Origin: Takakia lepidozioides
Taxonomy: Eukaryota; Plantae; Bryophyta
NCBI GenBank assembly: GCA_030704615.1
Contig: CM060731.1
Location: forward strand, 51,584,001-51,648,000
Direction of reading: 5' to 3'
Length of the DNA stretch: 64,000 bases
Under the pieces are notes generated by a model. That model made no database searches, was not told the origin of the DNA, and worked only from the letters and a program-made list of their open reading frames with translations. Position numbers and translations under genes: made by a program. This document shows positions 13,049 through 24,487 of the stretch, piece by piece (positions within the stretch are counted from its first letter, which is position 1; each line of letters starts with the position of its first letter).

Positions 13049-13533
13049 TGGAAAAATGGCGCCGAATTTCTCTATTTTGGGCCGAAAACTGGCTAAGTCC
13101 CAACATGCACTGGTACCCATGTGTCTGGAAAAATGGCGCCGAATTTCCCTATTTTGGGCTGAAAATTGGCTAAGTCCGAACATGCTCGGGAACGATGTCT
13201 GGAAAAATGGCGCCGAATTTCCAGTTACATGGCCCAGAACTGCCCAACATTTGTGCAATCCCCGGCACCATGTACCGAAATACGGCGCCACATTTCCAAA
13301 TTTTGGGCTTACACACCTGTTATGAGGGGACCTATAGCCGCGGAATTCGGCACCATTTTTCGCCAGAGAGACCTATTACCGCGAAATACGTCGCGATTCT
13401 TTCCGGTTACGGACCCTATTACTGCGAAATTCGGCGCCATTTTTGCACATGTCGCTGGGAATTGGCATGAGCGGAAGACGAAATATCATGAGCACAACTC
13501 TCAAAACTACAATTTCCCCTTCAAGGTGCCGAA
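13049..13533. repeat. Direct and inverted GGAAAAATGGCGCCGAATTTC repeats (transposon subterminal array)
   Basis: Direct copies at ~13050, 13127 and 13201 (the first two within ~77-bp units). Inverted copies at ~13280, 13343 and 13426. The array lies directly downstream of the MULE transposase. Confidence 0.75.
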
Positions 13534-13752
13534 TAATATATTTGTTTTTTCTGACACATTCCATTAAATTAATGTTTTATAATGTTTTTTATTTTCAAAA
13601 TTTGTACTTCTGCTCATGAAAACCGATTGTCTTGCTACTCCGCTCATGCCGCTCATGCTCATGAAATAGCTAACCTCCTTTGCAACCTAGTATCAAAGGA
13701 TATGCTATCCAAATTTGGGAGTGTGGCTCTTGATCCTGAGCTAGACATACAC

Positions 13753-14307
13753 TCACTGTTGTGCTGATGAGGATTCTCCTACCTCAGCCTGTACTAAAGG
13801 ACCTATATTACCTTGAACAACCATGTCAAGAATAAACGAGGTCAGATTTAAATACCTTCCATGGAACCTTGGCGATGGAGGCACGTCAGTGTGCAATCTA
13901 TGGTGCATTAAAGGATACCCAATGGGCCACGGTCCTTCACAATGCGAGCATTCTGATCGGAGTATGAGATGCTGGAGTGCGAAGAACTGACAAGACTCAC
14001 AGTGAGTAAAGAAATCAACTTGCCACCTTAGGTGGGCTACAAACGACGACCTCGAGTGTAATGCGCCTACATAAATGCCTGGACAGGAACAACCCGAGAA
14101 TACAAATCTATCTGGACACCAGTAAAAATTCTGAGTGGTGCCGTCGGGTAGAGTTCGGGTGTTCCAAACTCGTTCGTCGATCCAACGTTTCTTATGCACC
14201 TTCTTTTCACCCAGGTATCGAATATATTCTTCGATCCGTTCTCGGGTAGACCGTGGTGTATGGAAGAACCGGTGCCGGATGCGTTTCACTTTTTCATCAA
14301 AGGACAT
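13753..14307 (-). CDS. Hypothetical 184-aa Cys/His-rich protein (TE accessory ORF?)
   Basis: ATG-initiated open ORF with CxC, CxxC and CxxC clusters; no recognisable family. Confidence 0.4.
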   Translation of the reverse strand: MSFDEKVKRIRHRFFHTPRSTRERIEEYIRYLGEKKVHKKRWIDERVWNTRTLPDGTTQNFYWCPDRFVFSGCSCPGIYVGALHSRSSFVAHLRWQVDFFTHCESCQFFALQHLILRSECSHCEGPWPIGYPLMHHRLHTDVPPSPRFHGRYLNLTSFILDMVVQGNIGPLVQAEVGESSSAQQ

Positions 14308-14501
14308 CCCAAATGGTGTTCTATGCTAGTTTATCAGTGACCCACTTCTACACTTGTGTTAGTCTTGTCATAAGCAATCATACCATATAACGGTGCTGGT
14401 TTGGTACAATGGTGCTCAACCGCACGCCACTACCATACTCCTCAGCACTCCAAGCAAATGAGGTCCGGACCCCTCTAGTAGGAGTTCCACGAACAAAACC
14501 T

Positions 14502-15413
14502 CTAATCTGACTCCCTAGGACGGCTACTGGTGGCAGGATTGTCCCCTTCCTCCTCCGAGGAAGTGTACTCAGTAGGTCCACCCGGGGCACTCTCTACTGA
14601 AGAGGTGGCATGCCGGGGCGGTAAACGAGGCAACTGCGCCAAAGGGACTCTCAGACCAAAAGGAAAAACTACTAACCAAACTGGGACCGGTGGTAGTGTC
14701 CTACGAGTTACAACATGTGATGCAACAAAAGAACTCTTTGCTGGCCGATCTCTAACTGTGCCTAGCAGGGTTAATGAACCGGATGAAATCAACTCACGAA
14801 TAAGGGCTGATGGCGTGGTTCCCCGGTGATAGTACCGAGGAGGCAAGAATGGTCGGCAGGCCCTCCTCGGGTGGGGGAGGTGCTCACTCTTGACTCCGTC
14901 CTCTCTTGGGCCGACTCCAATCAACCAATCCACGAAAGCGGGGTGACGTCCGCAAATAGTGCACCCCACACACTCCCTCAACGGAGCGGAATGCCTAGCG
15001 ACCCTACTGCGCGTGTACAGCAGGGTGTCGGTGATGGTGCAATACAATGCACAACAAGCCAAGTAGGCCATGCCACCTGCCACGCAAGATGGACCTCAAG
15101 GGCCGGATCAAAATGAATATACGCAAGAAAGGGGTGGCTGACAACAGCCTGACCAACGAGTGTTGAATAGAAAAAATGTAGCAATAGGGGCCGTCCGAGC
15201 TCCTGGGCCTCAGGGTCCAACTCGAGCAGAGATCCAATACTCTCGATACTCCTCTACAATGGTCAGGATGCATCGTCACATCAGCCTGCAAATCACTATG
15301 GCTTCGGGGCCAGGTACATCTTCAGTCCTGGTGCTGGAAATGATGTGATAGAGTCCGATCACCTGGTACTCAAAGGAATGCTCCCGACGAGGGAGTGCCA
15401 ATGGTGCAGCCAT
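14502..15413 (-). pseudogene. Decayed ~300-codon Cys/Arg-rich ORF
   Basis: The ATG at 15413 (MAAPLALPRREHSFEY...) is in frame with ORF 14502-15083 and is interrupted only by four TGA codons, consistent with CGA>TGA changes. Confidence 0.45.
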
Positions 15414-17227
15414 ACTGCCATTCAAAATTCTGCATGTGGTTAGCTCTGTGCTTAACTCAAATGCGAGAAATCTATCTAGATGTACCTAATGGTTCACTTG
15501 GTCTTCTCCTGTCCGAGTCAAAACATAAAACGTCAGTTAAAAATGAAAGAACAAAAATCCCAAAGGAGAATGACAAAGGTCCAATTTTCCTTCTATTCAA
15601 AATACAAGGAGTCCTCACTATTCACTTACCTCCCGGCAGACGCACCATTCATATGACGAGCCCTGAACGTGCGTGGTCGAGGTGACGGCATAGTAGTCTA
15701 GGGGGGCCAAGGTAAGTTGCGGTGTAGGTTGGGCTCACTGAACCGCCGACCCGACTACGGTTAGTGCAGGGGGTCCGTGGTCGGACATGGTGGCTATGAT
15801 CACTATCTAAGTCCTACCGGCAAAGAGAAATCACGTACTCCTCTTCACAGGGCGAGTTTGCGTTTCTAAGTCCTACGGTATCCTACAATCTACTTAGTAA
15901 CTGCCTTCCAAGTCTTTGCGTTTTATTGTCTAATTCCTACTGCCTAGGCCCCCGAGCCGCCTATAGCCGAGACATGTTTTAATCCCTTCACAAGGCACCT
16001 GCCGAGCCTAGGGAGAAGAGAGAAAATCTTCCTCTCCCAATGCCCCTCCTTCACCGAGGGCTTGAGTTCAAGTCACCTTTAAATGGAAGGGCCAACACTT
16101 CCTACCCCAGTGCCTAAATATTTTGTTTTAGCAAAGGAGTGGCCAAAATGCCTATCGTCATCCAATAGGTTCACTAAATTCAATAAGGTGGTTCTAAGCC
16201 CCTTAACTCAACAACTTCAATCAGTTTAATCAACGCCCTGCAGGCTATAACGAGCACCACGTGCATCTATCCTATTTAAGCAATTTTGCAAATCAGAAAT
16301 GCTGGAAAATAAAAGAAATTAAGAAAATCAGAAAAAATACCTCCCCTATGGGAAATCATATGGGGAATCCAAAGATACCCTTGGCGCCTAAAGATGCCCT
16401 TGGGAACCCTATGGGAACCACACTTGGAAAGCATGCTCCACACATGCGCCACAAGCTTGAGGAGAGCTAGAAGGTGAAGTGATCAAGTTCATTCCTTGTG
16501 TATGAGGTGGTGCATGTTGTGGAAGAAAAGCCAAGGAGCTACATAGGCTAGGGCTTGAAGACAATAAAAGCAACCACTTGGAGAGCATCACAAAACTCAA
16601 GATGACTCCAAAGGGAAGCATGTGGGTGAAAATTCTATCCATGATGATGTGAAACCAAGCCTATAGTATTGAAGAGCTTGGAGCACATGTGGGAGATCAT
16701 TGGAGGTGGTCTTCATGAAGAAATGAGATTGTGGCTCACGGCATGCATAGCAACTTCAACCATACATTAGCATGTGACAAGACAAGGAAGGGGAAGGTGA
16801 AGCTCATGTATTCATTCCCTTTTTTTGCTTGGTTTTGTGGTGGATGGTTGATCAAGTAAGTGATGCTTATTTGGAGCATGCTCTTTAGGGCTTGTGACTT
16901 CAAGTTAGAGAAGATGAGCTCTTGAATAGAGGTGTGGATACACATTATGATAAATGAAGAGAACACCTAGGTCAAGAGGTGGAAGTGTGTGTGACTAGCC
17001 CATGCAAGGGAAAGCACATGGAAGATGGCATACAAAACTCAAATTCAAGCAAGGCTTGGCGCTTGCCATTGGGCACATTAGCTTGCTATGAGTTCCAAGG
17101 AGATTAAGAGGAACTTGTCAATTTGGGATGAATGCATTGCAAACTAAGATAATGCAATTTTGCGTGCATGTTAGGGGGGAAGATACCATGAAGAAGGTGT
17201 TTCTTACTATACTCTACAAACCCTAGT

Positions 17228-17480
17228 CTCCATACTCTTCAAGAAACTGTGTATGGGCTCCCTCTGCCCATCATACACTTTTGTGAACAGTGTATGGAAC
17301 CCCTCTGCCCAACATACACTTTTGAGAACAGAGTATGGGCCCCCTCTACCCAACATACGTTTTTTTGAACAGTGTATGGGCTCCCTATGCCCCAGCATAC
17401 TCTTTTGTGAACAAAGTATGGATACAAGTGGAGAGACTTTGCCTACCATACGTTTTCATTAAAAGAGTATGACATCTAGG
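17228..17480. repeat. ~41-bp tandem repeat with internal GTATG/CATAC inverted motifs
   Basis: Four or more copies of GTGTATGGGCTCCCTCTGCCCAnCATACACTTTTGTGAACA. Confidence 0.85.
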
Positions 17481-17499
17481 GTGTATGTGGAGGAGTATT

Positions 17500-17830
17500 G
17501 CCTTTGGAGGATCTTTGGGGGGTCCTTTGAGGAGCTTTTGTAAGACACTTGAAGAGCTCTTGAAGGGGTGTTTGGAGGACTGTTTGGAGGACTATTGGGG
17601 GTCCTTGAAGACCAATATTTGGCAAACATTTGGAGCCTTTGGAGGGCTATTTGGAGGACTATTTTGGGGTCCTTGGAGGCTAATATTTCGCGAGCTTAAG
17701 GAGTCTTTGGCAACTTGTTTGAAGGACTTTTTGGGGTCCTTGAGGGCCAAGATTTGGCAGGCTTTGGGGGCCTTAGTGAGATTGTTTGAGAGACATCTTG
17801 AGGGCTCTTGGAGAGTTATTTGAGAGACCA
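17500..17830. repeat. Degenerate short tandem repeats (TTTGGAGG / TTGGGGGTCCTTGA)
   Basis: Repeated motifs seen directly. Possibly part of the upstream LTR/leader of the adjacent Gypsy element. Confidence 0.55.
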
Positions 17831-18440
17831 TGGAAGGTAATTATGTCTGTTGGTCATGAGCAAGAGCGTTTAGAGATAGGGGGAGACTAGTGGGATGAGA
17901 GCATTCTGGGACTAGGAATTGCTTTAGTCTCTCTTCCTTGTAGTCTTCCACCCTCTATGTAGGCCAAAACCTTTCCGTAGGTGGAGGCAAGAGTCAGTCC
18001 GGGTTTGGGCTGGGGTGTCCTTGCAGGAGCGACACTGTGGAGTGTTTTTTTTGGTGTGGGGGAGTTACTGTCTTGATTTTCTTGTGTTTGGATCCCCCCC
18101 ACACCTGCATGCTTGACTGTGTGCCATGCCAATTTTGTGTGGGCATTTGTTTTCATAGGAGATTGGTCCGCATTTGATCACCGGCCAATCCTAGAGCATG
18201 CTGTCGGTGCTGAGGCTAGGGTGATGACCAGTCAGACCATCATTGTTTCTGTTATGATGAGGCTGGGTTGATGACCAGCAGACCATATGAGTGCTTGCGG
18301 TGGATGCAGGTGCAGGTTTATGTTACGAACCTAGTAGTCTAAGCCATAAGCTGCAACAGGTTCTCTACCCGGTTACCTTGTGGAAAGGGGGATTAGAGAC
18401 AGGTTTACAACAGATGTGGTTGTGAGTTTTCATCACGGAG

Positions 18441-19790
18441 GTGCCACCAGTTGCTGAGGAGAGTGCCGGTACGAGCACCAGCGATACTAGTGGGTATACA
18501 AGACGAGGTGTGCGGTTCAGGCCACCAGTGTCTTCTGAGGAAGGTTCAGACTCAGAGTTGGGAGGATTCTCGCCGAGGGTGCAAGCCATTTCCATGCCAT
18601 TGTTGTGGGATACGATGGAGGAAATGTATGGAGCTACTAAGGGGCCACGTCGGTACTCTGGAGCTGTGGGCACCATTGAGCTTGATGATTTCATACAAGA
18701 GTTTGATAGTTGGTGTGATTTGCAGTAGATGCGCAATCCACAACTGTTTACGCCTTGGGGTTGTTTTAGCACCTTGAGGGGCTACCCATGGATGATTACC
18801 ATTAGATTAGGCGGGGACATGAGGTGGAGATTGAGGAATGGCGGGTGTATTGGTCACCTGACTATGTCTCCATCACTAGAGGCACAAGGGCAGTGGTGAC
18901 ACCGGCAGATACACCGGCAACTTCTATAAGCAGCAGTGGGACGTCAAGTGGAACAGAAGCTAGAAAGTCCACCCAAGCTCCTGCTGCAGCACCAACACCC
19001 ATGCCTGCCTTTAACCCAGTTGTGGAGTTCTTCGAGGAGTTAAGGAGAAACTACCAAGGGATAATGACAGAGAAGTTACGGAGCTTGCAAGAGTTCCAAC
19101 GAAGGTCTAATGAGAGTTTGAGGGAGGCTTACACTCGCATGAGGCGCTTGATAAACGTAACCCAAGGGGTTACAGAAGCTCAAGCAGTCCAGTTCTGGTA
19201 TGGGATCATGGACAAGGAGTTGAGGAGAAGGGTGCGGGATGCAACTCTCCTACAAGTGGACCAACCCACCTCAGCAAATGTGTTTTTGCTGGCAGAGCGG
19301 ATAGAGCTCAATATGGTGTGGTCATGGTGGGGTTTGGTAAGGAGACACAACGAAGTGGGGCTCTTGGCCAACAACAACCACTACCCCATCGTGCTCAAGG
19401 CAACAAGGGGGCTCAGGCGAAGCCCAGGGAAGGGCCGAGAGGATCTCAATTGCAGAGGTCACTTCCTTCATTCTCAGGCCAACAACAGTTGGGTGTGACA
19501 TGTTGGGATTGTGGAGGACCCCATGTTAAGAGAGATTGCCCGGAAAGAGGCAAAGGGACGGCACAGGCACAGCCTACACAACTACAATGTGGGCATTGTA
19601 GCAAGTATGGGCATGAAGAGGCCCATTGTTATAACTTGCATCTTGAGCTACGGCCAAGCCAGTTCCAAGGGAACAATGGTGGCCAAGGACGAGGCAATGT
19701 AGTCCAGAGAGGGTAGAGGAGGCAGAGGTCGGGGTGGAGGACGTAACCAAAACCAAGGAACATAGGGTCAAGGTCAAGGTCATGTCCAAG
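18441..19790 (+). pseudogene. Gag with two zinc knuckles
   Basis: LDDFIQEFDSWCD and LQEFQRRSNESLREAYTRMRRL (Gag core); knuckles CWDCGGPHVKRDC and CGHCSKYGHEEAHC; frameshifted. Confidence 0.8.
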
Positions 19791-20499
19791 GTATGGTGGA
19801 TAGACTTGCCCAGCTAGAGCAACATCTTGCTGCCATGGCCACTACTCATGTTGCGCCAGCTCCAAGGCTTGAGGTTCAAGCCCCACCTGCACAACCTCCT
19901 ATGCCTAGGAAAGACCAGATTGGTATGGGCTTCATATGTAGAGCTGCACTTGCAGGATCATGGCATATGGACTCTGTAGCTGCTGTCACTCGAGCAACAA
20001 TGTGTGCTCCTGAGCCAAGATGAGCGGATGTGGATTTTGATCCACAAATAGGGGAAGCAAGTCGGCAGACAAGGCTTCCACAGTCTTTCACATTGGCTGA
20101 GACAGTGCCAACTATGCCATCGATGGCACCCACTCGCCCAAGTGTGTCAGAAGTAGAGCCACGAGTGTCATTAGGGAGAGTTGGTATGGCTCGGGAAATG
20201 CCAGTGGGTGGTACTGCAAAGCAAGGTGCAGCCAGTACATTGTTGGGGGCGGCTACGGCAATTTTCCAAGCTCCATTGTTTTCTGCCACGACAATTGCAA
20301 TGTCGGGGATGCGGCCAGTTGCAGTGTTTAGACTGGCAGCTGCATCTGTGAGAGTGGTGATGCATCGGCACTATCTGCAGGGATAACGGATCAGGTGTAG
20401 TGCATGGATGCCTTGGATTCAAGGGTGAAAACAGCCACAACTGCGCCATGGCAAGCGGCAGCTGCAAGATTGCAGGAATTGCCAGCTATACTAGCTATT

Positions 20500-20960
20500 G
20501 CGCGTAGTATGGTGACTCCTGGGGTAGTCTTGGTGGACAATCAGGATGGTGTGTTTCAGTTGGGTGGGCTAGCCGGGAGGAGGTATAGGCCACTGCGGGT
20601 CTTGTTGGACTCGGGAGCACAACCATTGATGTTGGGGAGAGCAGCAATTGCAGGCTTGGGCCTTACAGAGGCGGATTTGGAGCCTTGTCCTTTCCAAATT
20701 CAAACATCTTTGGGCAGTTTAGAGAAGACATGATGGATTACACGCCATGAGCTCTTCATTCGATTGCAGCCAGATCATCCTACAGATGGTTCATGAGAGC
20801 TAAAGCCATTGTTACGGATGCAATGTCTTATGATGTGCTTTGTTGGTGGGGCTGTGTTATACCCGATGGGCTTTACTTTGGACTTTTGGGAGGAAACGAC
20901 ATCCTACAGGCCGGAATGGCAGTCAGGGGATGGTCGACGTGCACTGCTCCCAGTGCGGTT
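20500..20960 (+). pseudogene. Aspartic protease domain
   Basis: LRVLLDSGAQPLMLG active site and YDVL/VGG C-terminal motif across a frameshift. Confidence 0.85.
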
Positions 20961-21309
20961 TATTGGGAATGTAGCGGTGGATCATAGGAACATGATGCCC
21001 ACATTAGCTGCATTCTCAAGGGTGGTGGCTTGGGGTGGTGAGCTCTTGGAGGGCAATAGCCATGCAGATGATAGGCCACCACCTGATGAGGACAAACAAT
21101 TGGCATACAAGGCTGATTTGCTTCCTCATGTGTCTGTTCATATTCCACTATGGGGTACAGTTAGGAATTTGCATCGAGTAGCAAGCGAGTGTGTGCACCA
21201 AGCATGGTAGGAGGCCTATCCATTGGTGAGTGAGGGGAGTTCAGTGACATCACCTCGACCTCCTCAGTTAGCTCCTTTGGATATAGTGCCCATTACCTGA
21301 CAACCACCT

Positions 21310-22280
21310 GACTCAGGGATTTGTTTGCTAGACCTGTTTGGAGGCATGAGCACTGGGCTTGCAGGAGTGTTGCAAGCTGGGATTAAAGTACGCAAGTACT
21401 TGTATGTGGAGAAGGATGAGATAACTCGGCGTATTTCTATGCGCCACATCGCCTTGCTCACACACCGGTATCCTGAGTTGTTGCCTCTCTCAGCAATTCA
21501 AGGGTATCAAAAGGCCTTGCCAGCAAACATTACCTTGCTGGGGGCGGATGATTTGGACTGGCATGGTGCCATTGACTTGGTGATAGCTGGATGGCCTTGC
21601 CAATGACACTCTCCCGCAGGTCATGGGAACGGCTTGCATGATGCACGATCACATTTGTTTTGGGAGATGTTGAGAGTGTTGCGTGACTTGCAGACGAGGC
21701 AAGTGCAATCTCTAGCCTATATCTTGGAGAATGTTCCTCTTATGGGGGACTCTCGAGCTAGGGTTATGGCCAGTGTGCATCAGGTGCAACCTTGGATTAG
21801 ATCGGCGGTGCTATTGGATGCAGCAGCGGTGGGATCACGAGCGCATCGACCTCGATTGTGGTGGACCAATGTTGCACCACCAGAGCTGGTCAAGAGAGCA
21901 TACGATTCCATTCAACGGCCACCCAATCTCACAGTTGAGGGCATTTTGGACCAAGGGAGGCAACCACAGAGGGGGCGACATGATGACCATCCACCTCTAA
22001 CAGTGGTAAATCAAATGGGGCAGCCACGTGCGGCCTTGCCTACGCTCATGAGCTTTCCCTCGTCTCATGCTTTTTCGAGACAATGGTCCTGGGTTGATTT
22101 GGGACAGTGTGCTATAGCAATTGGTGGAGCCCAATGCAGATGAGCGAGAGCGGGCAATGGGATTTGCCACGGGTACTACAGCTGTGTCAGCTCTGTCAGA
22201 GGCATCACGCCGATATGTGTTGGGTCAAGCAATGGATCTAAATTGCTTGACATGGGTCATTGGCTTGTGCATGGCTGAGC
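21310..22280 (+). pseudogene. DNMT3-like C5 cytosine DNA methyltransferase domain within pol
   Basis: All motifs occur in order: I LLDLFGGMSTG; II YVEKD; IV DLVIAGWPCQ; V GLHDARSHLFWE; VI YILENV; VIII DAAAVGSRAHRPRLWWTN; IX EPNADERERAMGFATGTT; X RRYVLGQAMD. There is a stop at 21604, a frameshift at ~22075 and a second stop shortly after. Confidence 0.92.
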
Positions 22281-22801
22281 AATGGAGGTTGCAGACAGTG
22301 GTGGCTACTTCTGCACTCCCATTTGGTATTGTATCCCCTCTGCCAACCGGGACGGTTGAGGCAGTGAGTGGGGGCGGGCACAGGATCATGGGGTGCAAAC
22401 ACCCATGGCAGATGTGGGATGAGATGCGGAAAGAGAGAGTCCTTGGATCTCTCAAGCAGCAGTATGAGGAGTGGGGAGAGCCATACACTGAGGATCAGTT
22501 GGAGGCCAAGGTGGCCAATGTTTTTGAAGAGGTTGAGAATCTTTCTTCCCCAGAGGATGTTCTCAAGGTGGTTATGGCAGAACAAGTGGAGGCTACGCCA
22601 CAGTCAGATTGGGCGGACAAGGCCCAAGAGGTTTCTATGTAGCAACCAAAGGATTCGTCTCCTACCTCCAAGCCTGATGTACCCAAGGTTGCAGTCACTG
22701 AGAACAATTGGGAACCAGATGTTGGACCTACAGTCACCGGAGGAGAGAGACGGAGGATCCAACGATTTCTAAGGGCTTATAGAAATTGCTTTGTCTTCGG
22801 T

Positions 22802-24208
22802 TTGAAGGATTTGAGGAGTTTGAAGGGTCAGGAGATTCGTATTGATTTGGCAAGTGACACGCCAATCTTTCGAAGGCCCTACCGGTATAGTGACATGGAG
22901 AGGTCATTGATCCAGTCACGGACTATGGAGTTGTTCGAAGCTGGATTGGTGGAGTTGTCAGGCGGGGAGTATGCCTCGGCAATGGTGATGCTAGCTAAGA
23001 GGGATATCTATGGCAATTGGACAGAAAGAAGGATGTGTGGGGACTATCGTCCTGTGAACCATCAGACTAAGTCCGATAGATATGCCATGCCAACTCCAGA
23101 GGAAATCTTTGATGCCATTGGGCATGCGAAGGTGTTTAGCACATTGGACTTACAATCCGGTTACCACCAGTTACCAATCAAAGAGGCTGACAAGCAAAAG
23201 ACGACATTTTGGGGGATTGACCAACATGGGAAGGATTGTTTGTACCAATGGCGCTTCCTACCATTTGGGTTGAAGAATGCTCCTGTAGAGTTTCAGAGGG
23301 TTATGGATAGGATTCTCGCGGGGCTAGACTTTGCCCGGTGTTACATTGATGACATCATCGTCTTTAGTGCTACGGTTGAGCAGCATGAGAGACACCTTCA
23401 GGTGATGTTTGAGCGCTTCAGAGCGCATGGGTTGAAATTGCACCCTGGGAAGTGCAAGTTCTTCCACAACCAGATTTTGTCTCTGGGCCACATGATATAC
23501 CCTGGAGGATTGGGTGTTCAAAAGACGAAGGTGGAGGCCATTACACGCATTCCACGCCCCATAGATGTTAGCAGAGTTCGTGCTTTCATGGGGTTGACAA
23601 ACTACTATCGACGGTTTGTTAAGGGATTTAGCAGCATTGCAAAGGCTCTTACTAAGTTGACCAAGGTGGGTCAGGAGTGGCAGTGGGAGGAGGAGCTGGA
23701 GGAAACCTTTGAGGAACTCAATGCTCGATTGACTTCTGCACCTATTCTGAGGCGGCCTATTCGGGGGCGGCCTTTCCAGCTACATACGGATTGGAGAATG
23801 CTGGGGATTGGAGCAGTGCTCACACAGAGGGATGATGAGGGAAGAGAGTTCGTAGTGGCATATGCTAGCCACTCAAACAATGATGTCGAGGCGAATTATA
23901 GTTCATATGAAGGGGAGTGTCTAGCTGCGGTATGGGCAGTGACACATTTCAGATGCTACCTCTATGGCAATCTCTTCACCCTTGTCACGGATCACCAACC
24001 ATTGAAGTGGTTGATGGAGTTAGACAAGCTAACAAAGAAGCTTGCACGGTGGGCACTAATGCTTCAAGAATACGACTTTCAGGTGGTGCATCGAGCCGGT
24101 ATTGTCAATCGGGATGCAGATGGATTGAGTCGTAATCCATGCACAAGCGAGCATGATGATACTGGAGCTCGGTGGCATGGTGAGACGGATGAGGAGATGG
24201 TGCCATGA
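22802..24208 (+). CDS. Reverse transcriptase + RNase H (Gypsy)
   Basis: RMCGDYRPVN, LPFGLKNAP, YIDD, LHTDW..GIGAVLTQ, YEGECLA, TDHQPL, ADGLSR. Confidence 0.93.
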   Translation: MKDLRSLKGQEIRIDLASDTPIFRRPYRYSDMERSLIQSRTMELFEAGLVELSGGEYASAMVMLAKRDIYGNWTERRMCGDYRPVNHQTKSDRYAMPTPEEIFDAIGHAKVFSTLDLQSGYHQLPIKEADKQKTTFWGIDQHGKDCLYQWRFLPFGLKNAPVEFQRVMDRILAGLDFARCYIDDIIVFSATVEQHERHLQVMFERFRAHGLKLHPGKCKFFHNQILSLGHMIYPGGLGVQKTKVEAITRIPRPIDVSRVRAFMGLTNYYRRFVKGFSSIAKALTKLTKVGQEWQWEEELEETFEELNARLTSAPILRRPIRGRPFQLHTDWRMLGIGAVLTQRDDEGREFVVAYASHSNNDVEANYSSYEGECLAAVWAVTHFRCYLYGNLFTLVTDHQPLKWLMELDKLTKKLARWALMLQEYDFQVVHRAGIVNRDADGLSRNPCTSEHDDTGARWHGETDEEMVP

Positions 24209-24487
24209 TGGCATGCATCTGCCTTTTTGTGCATCCTAGCAATAGGAGCTCAAGCTGGTCCATCCCATAGCATTGGTCATGTAGATGGTGTGCATGACGA
24301 TCCGGAGATCAGTGAGGAGCTTGGTGGTGCTAAAGATGTGCATGAAGATGCAACAGTGTTGGTCTACCTTCGTATTAGAGAGACAGCAACTAGTGTGACT
24401 GCTAAGGAGAGAGATCGGATCCTACAACGAGCTAAGAGGTTCAAGTGGGAGGGGACTCACCTACTCCGAGTATGGGAGGATGGATGA

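Noticed and set aside
16250-17220. 5' LTR of the DNMT-Gypsy element
   Set aside because: No match was found to the TGTGGCATAGC start of the 3' LTR fragment, and there is no clear PBS.
17228-17480. CRISPR array
   Set aside because: The units are whole tandem copies with no unique spacers, the context is eukaryotic and there are no cas genes.
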